64,000 nt of DNA from Raillietiella orientalis (taxonomy: Eukaryota), in the NCBI GenBank assembly GCA_036172245.1, contig JAYWIR010000011.1, forward strand, positions 1,612,001-1,676,000, written 5' to 3'. Below the pieces are notes generated by a model that worked only from the letters and a program-made list of their open reading frames with translations, did no database searches and had not been told where the DNA came from. Shown one piece after another: positions 48,800 through 60,200 of this stretch. Within the stretch, counting starts at the first letter, position 1; every line of letters begins with the position of its first letter. Made by a program: the position numbers and the translations under genes.

Positions 48800-49080
48800 T
48801 AGGCATGTCACGCAGCTCGGATCGAATCCATGCAACACTTTGCCTGACAGACCTTCTTCTTTGGAGAGTCCGCAGCGGTAAAACCCGAAAACTTCATCTG
48901 ATTAAAACCCATCGAGGAAAACAGACGGATGGCTCGATGGCTCGACGGGATCACGGAATGCTGACGCGAGTCCTGACGACGATCATGCAAGGCACCGTGA
49001 AAGTTGGGAATGCGCTCCGAAATAGGAGCCATCTTGGAAAGTTCCCGATGTGCAGACGACGCGAGCCAACGTGGATAGAG
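48800..49080 (+). mobile_element. Possible RTE-like LINE C-terminal remnant
   Basis: LHLIKTHRGKQ...TTIMQGTVKVG loosely resembles RTE-clade L..IR.RQ...I.QG.V.G. Confidence 0.25.
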
Positions 49081-51529
49081 GGACATCGGGACAGGATTGT
49101 CTGGTCGGGAGAAAGGTTCGAGGCCTGTCCTCATGGAGTTGCAGAGGGCAGACCTACACAGACATTCGCGTATGAAGAAGAACCCTGGGGGTGGATTCCC
49201 GTCTTCTGGTATCTCCGCATCCACGTTCGCGTCTGCTTTCGCTCCGGGCAGAAGTTTCGCAACAGACGGCGGGGACCCTGGTCTCGTCGCACAAATCGCG
49301 CGCACGGCTAAAAGCGTGACTGCGATTTCTGCTCCCGCGAAATGACGGATGACTTGCATCAGGAACGGTCGGTCAGTTTACCTTCGTACTCAAGGAGGAA
49401 GCAGACATCCTTCGGCAAACATCCACGGTTCCTCTGCCACCACGGCGGCATCTGGGGAATTCGGCGACGTTCGACGGGGAGGCGGGGGGGAGCGAGGGAT
49501 TTTCTCGATATTTCTGGCAAGCCCAAACATTTCGAGCTTCCATGCCGAACGCACTGCGTCGGGAATCATCAGTTCGGTGTTCTGATGCGAGATAGAGCGG
49601 AAATGTTCCGAAAATGCACGTCCCCCCTCCCCACCTCATGTTTTTGCGCGTCCCACAAAACACCCCCCGAGCTTGAATGAATTTCCGAGAAAGCGTTACG
49701 GAGAAGCATCCACGAGTAAGTCAGAGAGAGAGAGTCGAGTTCCAGCGACTTACGGGTAGAGTTCCAAGGGTTTACTTCAGAAGCGATGCATCCGTAAGAG
49801 GATGTTTTGGGGAAACTCATCTACGAAACTCCCTACGGAATTTTTAAACCGAGCTGTCGGTAGTCCGCCACACATGGATGTCACTGTCGGTGATGCTGCA
49901 ATCCTTGCCTTGCATTGCTATCTCTCTCTCCACCCGGAATGCCACATGCTTTGCTCAATGAGGAGTGCGGGGTCGCGCGCGCGTGTTCTTCCGATGTTGC
50001 GCATCGTGGTGCATGAAGTAACCGCGATTTTGGAGTTGTTACGGTGGAGCTCTTTCTTTTTTTGTTTTTTTTTTTACTATGGCTGTGCCGCCACACTCGG
50101 ATTCCATTGTGCGCATTCGCTGCTGCTATTAAATCCGGTATGCATGTTTCGAATTTCCTGGTGTGACTTACCATCCTGGAACGGTCCTCAGCGAGCAGGG
50201 AAACCTCGCACAGAGTCCACTGCACGGACCAAACCGCTCTTCCTCCAGTGTACAAACATCCTGGTTACTCCTGACAATCTTTCACTTGGCCTACTGATTT
50301 GCCGGAACTTTTCTAGGTCTTCTTTTGCTTCACGCCGTTCTTGGGAAGCCTTCTGAAATGATTTCGTTCGTATGAACAGGCGTGGTCAGCACCAGCCTTT
50401 TTCTCGAGGCACGCAACGCCTTCGATATGAATGACACGTTGGTGCACACGAAAGCTTCGCGTTAAGGCGTGCCGTAAGAGGTCTTGTCCGTCATTGCAAT
50501 CTCTAAGATTGGGTTGCGTGGACGCAAAGCCCCTAAGGGAGCTGCATCAGGAGCTTCTGGAGCACTGCGCTGGGTTGTAGTTGCCAGACGAATCATTAGA
50601 GGCAGATCGAAAAAACCCCGCGATCTCCCACCTGGGGTCCGGAATGAAGGCATCAATAGCAATCCCAATCGAGATGGAATCTGGATGCGGAATGCATGTT
50701 CAAATTGTTTCAGATCCCTCTCTCATTCCCGATAAGAACCGCTCCGGAAGAGATGAGTTACAGACTTCGGTGGCGTCACGTCTCGACTGAGCAGCCAGCT
50801 GACAATCTCATTTTCGCAGCCATGTTTTCCCGTCTCGATCCCGAAGAGTTTCAAGTCACTCGTCTATAATTTATGGCCTCACCACTCTTCGCTGAAGGAG
50901 GGCACGCACGCAACGGAGGCGGGAGAGTCCTCCACAAGCCACGTCCTCTGCTGCTCGCTACCCATTCTTCCCGCGAACTTTCGAGAAGACGGACGGCACG
51001 TACCGGGCGCAGCTTCGAAGGCGGCTCCACGCGAGGCAGCGAAGTGCAAGAAGAGGCGGACCGTGGAATCCTGGATCCGCGTGCATGCGTACCGCTCGTA
51101 TTCCTCGAGGATCAGCGGCGTCTCCGAATGGTGGGTGGTTCCTAGATCCCTGCCTGCGAGGGAATCAATCGCCTCCGCCTTGCTTTCCGTCGTGACGTCA
51201 CGGAAAAAGTTCATCGGCGGATGCGGACAAGTCGCAGAGGCGAGTCTGTTTTTTTTTTTTTTTTTTTTTTTCTGTCCCTTTCTTGTCGTTTTTCAAGTCG
51301 TCCCCGTACCTCCTCGTTGGATTACAGTCGAGACTTTGCATCTCGAACGACTTTCCTCGGCGGGGATCATTTCGTTGGAAGCAGCCACCTCGGTGGCGCA
51401 CAGTCCCCACCATGCGTAGTGAAGCAACCTCACTCTCCTTCCTTTTCCCTGGCACTCCCCTCCGATCGAGGGAAAGCTTTCCAGGATGCGGACAACGGAA
51501 GAAATCACAAAGATCTTTCATTATCCCCC

Positions 51530-52540
51530 CCCCGCCGGATGTTCGTCTGCGAGGGGACTCACAGGCACCTGAGGGAGGATGAGCACCTGGCCACTCCCAC
51601 AGATCGGAGCCTCTGATTAAACTGATCTGCAAGATGGAGGGCAGCAGCACGAGTTTCGGGACTTCGAGGAGTTGGCAGCCTCTACGGCAGATGGCGTGCC
51701 TTCGCTCTTTCCCTGAGTGCAGCCTCTCTCGGAAGAGGCATCCACATTCCAGGAGCGGCAAGCAAGCCACGAGACTCCCTGCTTTCCTATTTTGTCCCAG
51801 CTGCGCGTAAGGGATGCTTGGAAGATCAGCACTTGATTCACCGTTCTTTCGCGCCAGGTGGAGTTTTAGCGTGGGATTCTCCATGATCCCCACCAACTGG
51901 CAGTGCGTGATTCGCTGTTTACCTGGACTGGCCTCTCGGAATGTGGGTCCGGTGCTCTTCCCGTCTGTGTTGGAGCAGCCCCTTCCCTGCCGACCTCTGC
52001 TTCCGATGTTCTTCCTGCCTGCAGCAGAGCTCGAGGTTCCCTGAGCACTTTGGTGTCCTTCGGCTTCCAAGGGACCGTCCATAGAAAACCTTTAAGACAT
52101 GTCCACTGGGAAAGCTCCGGAGGAATGCTATGTTGGAACCGCGGAATCCTAGTACTCAACTTTTCTCCTAGTGAGATATCCTCTAGCGGGACTTTGCAGT
52201 CGAATGGAGAATGAGATGTCGATGCTCCAGCATTCCCGCGATGTATACTCGAAGGATCGGCTGGACTGGCGTACGTCCCCTCGACAGCCGCCGTCTCTTC
52301 CTCGCGACGCAGGTGCACCAGATGAGGGAGAGGGTCATGATGCAGAAATGACGGAGGACACCCAACCCCATCGCTTGTCTGCGTCCCCAGCAGTGTGCAT
52401 CGCGGAGAAATCGTGGTGCGCAAAGACGGCTCGTGAGAGGAGTGCAAGGTCAAGGGGAAGAGTAAATGAAGGTCATAGGGGACAGAGACCTCCGCTGTAC
52501 TCGTGCGGTCGTCCCTCGAATGATCTGGAATCATGAGTCC
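51530..52540 (-). mobile_element. Decayed LINE endonuclease-linker-RT0 fragment
   Basis: Minus strand, frameshifted: LRVYIAG, QWTCLKGFL, GKSEG..LP/VE (like KSPGPDGLPVE) and GQVLILPQ (like G.I.LIPK), in the expected order. Confidence 0.45.
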
Positions 52541-52959
52541 TGGTCCGGGACGAAATCCATCCGTGTGGTGTCTTCCCGGTCACGTGCTCTCCTCTTCTTG
52601 TTGCTATTCTCTTAGCATCGGATCTGAGAACGACCTTGACGTGAAAGAGGGAAGGAGAGAAGGGTAGCTGTGGCTACACGGGGCGGGTGGGGTGACGTGT
52701 TCTTACGGAGGAGGCCGAAGCGACCCTGTAGTTGCTACGGAACGCAGCGCAGAGCGTCTCCCACGACCTACGAGAGCTCGTTGGCGGATGATTCGACGTT
52801 CTCTTTGGGAAGCACAGTTTCTTTCGAAGGGCATGCACTGGAGTCGTGGAAACGTGTCTCATTCCTGATCTCGTGTCCTCGCGTCTTCCCATCCCATCTG
52901 GGTTGGCTCGTCCCTAAAAACCACAATAATAGGGAGCCACTGCGGACACTCGCAGTAGC

Positions 52960-53200
52960 AGCATTTTCGTAACCCGTGCACCGCCGCCTTTGCTGTGTCG
53001 TCAGCTGCCTCCTCCCGCCCAGCCCACTTGAGTACAGCAGAAGGCCAATGGAATGATGGCGGCCGCCACAAAAACGCGCCCAAGGACACTTTCCTGCAGA
53101 TTCGGGAGCCCAAATGGGTGTGTCGCTTCGAAACAGTACGGATCTCTCGATTTCTGCAGGTAGACCAGGGCGAGTAACGCCTCGAGAGAAAAAAACGCAG
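52960..53200 (-). mobile_element. Tx1-like LINE post-RT fragment
   Basis: AFLWRPPSFHWPSAVL resembles the FLW...HW.SA.V motif of Tx1-clade ORF2. Confidence 0.45.
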
Positions 53201-54911
53201 GTCATGGTACTTGCAGATGCCTGACCCTGGGTCGATTCCTAGCCTGCATGAGTGAAAGGCGCCTCAGCGCAGGGAACGACGGATGCGAGGAAGATCATTT
53301 CACGAAAGATAACTTTCCGTCTCGAGCAAGAGGAACACGTCGGCAGGTAACGAAAACAAGCTGGCGAGCGTGTCGTGGAGGGAATTTCCATGGACACTTC
53401 CTCCCGGGAGAAGGGGATAAAAAAAGGGTCGGGGGGTTCCGTGTGACCGAGAGGACGCCGACCCTTCCGAAATTCCTTCCTTTGCTGCTCCCGTCACCGT
53501 CACCAACTCCTCTTTTCAGTTTTTCATTGACTCGTCGGTTGCCTTGGCGGATCGTTGCAACGATCCCCGTTGGCCACGCCGTTTTCTGATGGCATCCCTT
53601 CTTTGGGGCTCGGCGCAAGCAGACAGAGGCGTCCCGCCGTGGGTACGTCCCGACTGGCGCTGATCAACCGAAGCCTTTTTTTCCCCTTTCTTAGAAGGGC
53701 GGAGAGTCCTGTGGACGCAAGCAAGGAACCCTGCCGTTTGGGAAGGAAGGAAGACGAGTGGCCGCTTGCGTCGCGCCGCCTGGAGCGGATTCCTCTCTTC
53801 ATTGCTCGAAGCCCTCGCCTCCACAAACAGGCGGCAGCGGCGCCGCCCGGACGCGGGTATCGCCGATGGCGCCGACTGCATGCGATCGTTAGCTCGCGCG
53901 CCCTCGGTGTTCCTCGGGGAATATCGATCGACCCACTGCTGGCTGGCTGCCTGCCTGCGCCGTCGGCTTAGCGCTCGCCGCTCCGCGAGTAGCAGCGACC
54001 TCTGGGAGCCTCCGCCATTCTCGGCTGGGAATTTCAGCCCCCTCCCTCACGGCGGACCGGGAGAGGCTGGGAGGAGGGGAGGAAGGTGCTTTCACTCCGG
54101 ATGCATGCGAAGGAAACGAGTCTTCGACGGGGGGATGAAATTTAGTAGACCACCACCACGCAAACACACACAACGGGGATTCGTATAACGCGATGACAAA
54201 AACAAAAAAACAAAATGGCGACGGTCCTCGTAAAACGCGGGGGCGGATGAGCCCCGCACGACTCCGTGGACGAATTTCCGCTTTTGTGGTGGTACAGCTT
54301 TCATTCTCGAAAAGAACACGTGATGTCAAGCAGGTTTGATTCTGTTTCACCCGAATTCCTGTGAACAAAGCGGCGCGAGAAGATCCGGCCCTCAGCTACG
54401 GAAACGATCGAGCTGAAAATCGGGAACCGTTCGGATGGATCGAATAGCAACACGCTCTCAAAGATTGTAGATTTTTTTCATTCTTGCTTCGAAGTGAGAT
54501 AGATGTTCAGGTACTTTACTGTTTCCATCCTCTATCTTTTGTAGACACTGTCGTATTATTCACGTATGACCCATAGGGTTCGTATAACGCGGAGCGCGTC
54601 CAGGACGTTACACGGGAGTCAACCGCACCTTCCGACAAGTCTGCTGCCAAGACTTTCCCCTTCCGCAAAGCAAGGAGCGTCCGTTCCCGCAAACGTGGCG
54701 AAGTGTGGCTGAATCTCAGGAAGCGCGGGTCAGCCCATGCAGTTCGTGGGAAAAAGGGACCGTTCCGTCGCTGCTGAAGGTGACCAAAGGGCCGTTGCCT
54801 TGCCTGGCACCCGCTGCGGGGGCCAATCGTGGTGGGTTGGACGGCGAGAAGTGGGTGCGTCGTGGGTTTCGAGTTCTGAATTGTCTGGAATGTACAGACA
54901 GCAGCGCGTCG

Positions 54912-55403
54912 GACCAAAAGGGTGCGCTTTTTAGTAGACTTTATGGAGCCTGGAACAACTGTCACTCCACAAGTCCACCGTGAAACACTTTCAAAACTGC
55001 GGCGTGCCCTTCAGAACCGACGACGTGAAATGCTAGGATGAGGAACTGGGAACAATGGGAACTTGAATGGGAACCTTTTGATCACCCACCCCTTACAGTC
55101 CTGCCCGGTGACTGCCACGTCTTGATGCACCTCCTGAAGTGGCTCAACGACTCGAAGAGGGAAAGAGAGGAGTTGAAAACTGCGGTGCTGCTGAGCTGGC
55201 TGAACTCCCGGGCGGCGGAATTTCACGCAGAGGGTTTTCAAAAAGCTTCTTCCGCGGCATCACAAGTGTTTGGGAAAAAATGGTGACTACGAGGAAACAT
55301 GACACGAAGATGCATGTGTTTCGAACCACCAATACATTTTTGTTTCTCTTATTTGTTCTTTCTTTGTATCCGATCGGTTCTTACTTTTGAAATGAGCCTC
55401 GTA
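54912..55403 (+). mobile_element. Mariner transposase 3' remnant with right TIR and TA
   Basis: Frameshifted DQKGALLVDFMEPGTTVT...ETLSKLRRALQNRRREML, WEPFDHPP/YSP...PGDCHV, ELKTAVL.SWLNSRAAEFHAEGFQK and HKCLGKNGDYEE*; ends cttacttttgaaatgagcctcg|TA. The HDNA segment is deleted. Confidence 0.9.
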
Positions 55404-56099
55404 GTTTGAGAACAAAAATAGATACCGAATAGAGTTACCATCCAATGCTCAGTAGATGGAAGAGAAGTTTGGGAGGGGGGGGGAGGAGTCATCCTTCCAA
55501 GGAGCATGTTTTTCCGGATGTGGTACAAGCTCAGAGGCGAGAGGAGACCTTGGATCTCAAGGAAGTGTGCCTTCCCGGAAAATCCCGCCTAAGGTGGATC
55601 ACCCAGGGCCGCCTTACGAACCACGGGAAGAACGGATCGCCGACGAGGTGGGTGCCTGCCGAGGCTACGCAGCAATGGCTGATCTCGAAGTGAGCTGCTT
55701 TCCTGCAACCCGCTGGGCGGTCCTATCCAGCGCGACGTAACGACACGGATGCTTTGATGACGCCCCATGCGGTTTCCATGGGTTTGGCCGGAGTAATTCG
55801 TTGTGCTGCCCACCTCGAATTACGCGTCCGAACGGCCGCCGGGTTTGCCGGCCAGGCATCGGTGAGCTTTCTGACGCGGCTCTCTTCGGTGACGGTACTC
55901 GTGCATGATTCAGCCTTGCGAAGGCTGACTCATGTACGAGAGCGTACATGAGGCAGCTCGTGCTCCTCGCACCTAGTCGGCGCAACCGCCGCCTTCTTTC
56001 GTCATTCGGAAAAGCCTTCCAGGGATTTCGTAAGCGAAAGAGCCGCGAGTTGATTTCTGGTGGTCACGTGCCCACTGGATCGCGAAGATCGTGAAAGAA

Positions 56100-57200
56100 A
56101 TGAGATAATCACCATGTTGAGTTGGGAAGAAGAGTCGTTTCCGAGGATATGCAAGAGCGGACCACGTGCTCTACCGGTGTCATTGGACAGGACTTGAACC
56201 GAGGTGAAATTGCCCTCCTCAGTGTGCATGGCGATCTGAAAGTGCGAGGTAACGCATGGGTGCTAAGGTGCAGCGCTCTTTTTCCCACGCTGCTTCCGTG
56301 TTGAGAAGAACGTCTGCAGTCAACATGAACTCGAAAAGAACCTGGTCGCTTCTTCACCAGGGTTTCGCCCCATGTTCTTCCATCACATACAACGCGGCTA
56401 CTTGAGCATTTTTGTAATTCTCCAGACGAAGGGTTTTTTTTTTTTCCTTTCCGTCTTCATTCCCTGCTTGCAGGCATGCCAAATTATCTCACGAGGGCGT
56501 GATGACGTTTTCGGAAACGAGAATCTATTAACTGCCGTTTGAGGTGCAGCATCCAGCAGCTTTAGGTTCGCTCGCAAGAAAGCGTGGATCGCCAAGCGCT
56601 TCTGAGGGTTTTTTTTTTTTTTTTTTTCTCGTGTGTGTGTGTTTCTTTCCATCCCAAATATGTCTGAGGTTTGGGGAGGTTGAATCTTAATGTTGCTATC
56701 TGCACGCTCTCTTCCGAGACGCCTTCTTTCGTGTTCAGCAATCGTTGCCAGTGCTTCAGCAGAATTAGGTCTTTGCCTTCCTTACCGGGTGCGCTCGCGA
56801 AGGTAATGACGCAAGGAAAACCGTTTCGCATCAGAACGGGCGGGCGTTTCGGACTTTAGATTCATCATCCTGGGATGCGGACGTCTGCTGGCTCTCTCCA
56901 GTGAACAGCATCCACGTATTTCCTCCGTAGATCCCCCTCCCACTCTATCCCCAAAAGCGCCTTCCTCTGCGTCACGGGTGTGCTACAAGAGTATTTTGGT
57001 GTCGCTGCTGCTCGATTTAAAGACTTCCTTCCTTGAATCCTCATCTTCCGCGCATCCTGGTCTGTTTGGAATTATTCCTTTTGCATGCTCCCCCTATATG
57101 GCGTCCTAAGGTGAGCAACTGAAATAAACGCCTGTCATCCTTGAGGATGTTGCATCATTTCAGTTCCACGCCAAGATATTGCATTTGCTGCCGTCTCTCC
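56100..57200 (-). mobile_element. Decayed non-LTR ORF2 fragments
   Basis: Minus strand: MQYLGVEL, KALLGIEW, APGKEG...LLKHWQRLLN and HALP...SCP...VEHVVRSC (zf-RVT-like), in collinear order. Confidence 0.45.
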
Positions 57201-60200
57201 ACGAGCCAACTCAACAGACTCTTTGCATCACAACGCCATGTTCCCTTGTTCACCCTATTCCTTCTAGCAGATAGGTTGTTCACCACGATGCATGCAACCG
57301 CTGTCACCAGGAACGTTTGTTTAGCTCCCACTACTTGGCGGCGAAGGCTTCTTGGTGCGAACTGCGACCTTTTGGCCTCCTACTGACCTACGCTGCGGGG
57401 GTCGGGCAAGGTATGGATTCGCGGGGCCTCACGTTACGAAGGCAACTCTTTCCAAGTACCCGGAAGTCAGTTCTGCTCCCGTGCCACGGAACTCCCAGTC
57501 TTGAGTGATCGATTGGACGTTCAGGGGACAACTTATTCGTCGCCGGGAACAAAGGCGTTAAAGTTGGGATGCATAATCGTTGCAGAATTGGCCGGAAACA
57601 TTCGTACTGTGGAGTTGCCCACCTTTGGTTCCGGTGCACAAAGACGCGCCAATTGCTGGAAGCGTCGATGTCGGATCACCCGTTTATGGAAAGCGGCAAC
57701 CTTTGCACAGTTCGACCCCTCCGCTTGTGGAACGACCATGGTGGTCACAGGCCCTAGCACTTGAGCATCTCCGGTGCACTTTGTCACAGGAACCGCGCAT
57801 CGCGATTCCCTGCCCCGAGGGGTGGAAGGGAAGACGGAAAGGAGATGCGTCCTCGCGCTCTCCTTGGATCACGGTTTCCCCCAGGCGTTCGGTAACCAGC
57901 GCCGATGGCACCTCTGTGATGCGGAAGTGCCTTTCAGGGTTCCTTTTTAACTGAGTTTCGAGACTGGATCTTTTCCTCCTCTTTTCCTCAAGGAGGAAGG
58001 ATTGACAGGAATCAAACAGGTTTAGTAAACACACGCATCGTGTTTTTACTAATCGCATTTTCGATCATTACGGCATCAAACTAAGTGTAAGCTGGAAGAG
58101 GAGTGATGAGGAAGTATGGAGAGGAAGTGATGTATGAGTGATCATTACATGGAGACCCAGGAAATTTAATGTCCAGTTGGATGCCACTCTCAAAGTGATG
58201 AACTGGAACGTAATGCGCGCGTCCCTCCCTGCTTCTGACGTGTGCATCTTTTGAAGCAGTTCCCGCAGACCATACACTCGGCAGAAGGGAGTATCAGGAA
58301 AAGAGCTGAAGGAAGATGCATTCCTCATAGGGATCTGCTTGACCATTCCTTCGTTAATTTGCTCCTTTTAAACAGTGCCTTTTCCTTCTAAAAGAAGAGG
58401 CACGAATCCTTTTCTGTTCAACATCAGCTTCACGTACACACATGCCTCAGCAATACGAGATGTACACAGCATGATACATTGTGAGAACACGCAGGGTCAG
58501 GTTTCGTTTTCAGTCTTACAGATGATTTCGATGTCATAGAAACCGTATGCAAATCCTTCTTAACGCAACAACCACCACCACAAAGCTAGGCGCTCGCACG
58601 AGCGTAATGAGATCTGCGAACGCACAGTAAAGTGAAGAAGAAGAAAATAAAATGCAAACAGCTACGTGCAGATCTGGACGAGAATCGGAGTTTTCAACGG
58701 AACGCAACGCGCCTGATGGCCTTCTCTCTCTCTCTCTCTCTCTCTATCTCAAAGACGGGTTTTTGTTTTCTTCATTTGCAGGCTCGGGATCTGAAGAAAT
58801 TCGCCGAACCGGTACTTTGAGTTCCCTTTCAAGTGGAAATTTTTTTAATTATAAATTCCAAAGCACAGACGAAAACCACACACACACACACACAAAATAA
58901 AAAACCAAAATAAGCGCAATCAGCTGTGAAGACGAGTTGCTTTGAGCGAAGAGTGGTAGACGCACACGAGAAAGCGGACGGATCCGAGGCTTGCAGTGAG
59001 ATCGAAGCATTTCCTGAACGACCTCCGGACCCGCATGATTCATCTTTACCCGAAGGATATTGAATGTCTGCAGCCTACATGCATACAAGTTTCATGCTTC
59101 AGAGTCTGGCATGTTAGAAAGTGAACAGGTCTTGCGCACGCGTCCCGGATAGGGTGAGGCTGAACGCTCTGAAGACCGTGGGCAAGACCAGGAAGAGCTG
59201 CCCTATCTCTGCATCAGTCCGACCCGGAGTTCGGGCCCCCATTGAAACGAGCCCTGAATTTCCAGCAATGCTGAGAGAACCCAGGAAGAGGCCAGAGCGA
59301 GACGGGAAAGCCGCAGGCGCCGTTTCCGTTCCGACGAGTGGCGCAGCAGTGCTTCGACCGGATGCAAACTTGCGTCCTGCGCTTCCGAGCAGCTGGTCCA
59401 TTCGGAACCACGTCTGCGGATTCGGCCAATCCCAGAGTCCACGCGAAAAATCGATAGCGACCTTTTCCGTTGAAGGGGATTACTATAGAAACAATCAGCG
59501 TGCTCGAAGATGCGACACGAAGGAGCTCGAGGTATCCCATGACTGCAACCGCGATTTCTGGGCCGCACAGTGGAACTTGAGGAGATTGCATTCCGACTTG
59601 ACCCCTGGCGCCTGGCAACGATCGCACGCACCGCGGTTCTCCCCGTCGAAGGCTGCACCCGCCGTCAATCAGGTGGTTCGGAAAGGAAGAAAACGCCAAC
59701 TTAAGTGCGACAGGAGAAGCTCAGGATTCGCCTTGCAGCCTTTACACGCTCCGATTTCGTGAACGGCCTAAAAGAAGAAACGGAGGCGACGTTCGGGAAC
59801 CAGGAGAGGGCATTCCGACGTCGCACAGTCGGCTCCTGGGACCGACGCACGATTCTTAGCTTCCTTTTCAGTACGCTACTTATCCGTTGTTTTCGCACTT
59901 GTGATGAGAGAGTCCTTTTTTTCCCCATCTTTCCGAGGGGGGAAGGCGCTCTTAGTTTCTTTGCGAAAGATGCATACAAATGAGAACAGCGGTACGGAAT
60001 CAGAACGTGTGTAGCGGAAGATGAAAAATCGGAAATGAGTGCGGTCGGGCGATTGGAAACGAGATGTACATAAATCACGGTCGCTCGTACCGACTCTCAC
60101 AACAGTTGCGGATCACGTGTTCTGTGCAAGAGGAAGTCGTTCCTGAAATCCTCGTATACGGCCAAGACGTAGAGATAATCTAGAAGAGGACCCAAAGGAA

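Noticed and set aside
52770..52815. SLADDSTF as an RT YADD motif on the + strand
   Set aside because: It is isolated, neighbouring LINE motifs are on the opposite strand, and the flanking RT motifs are absent
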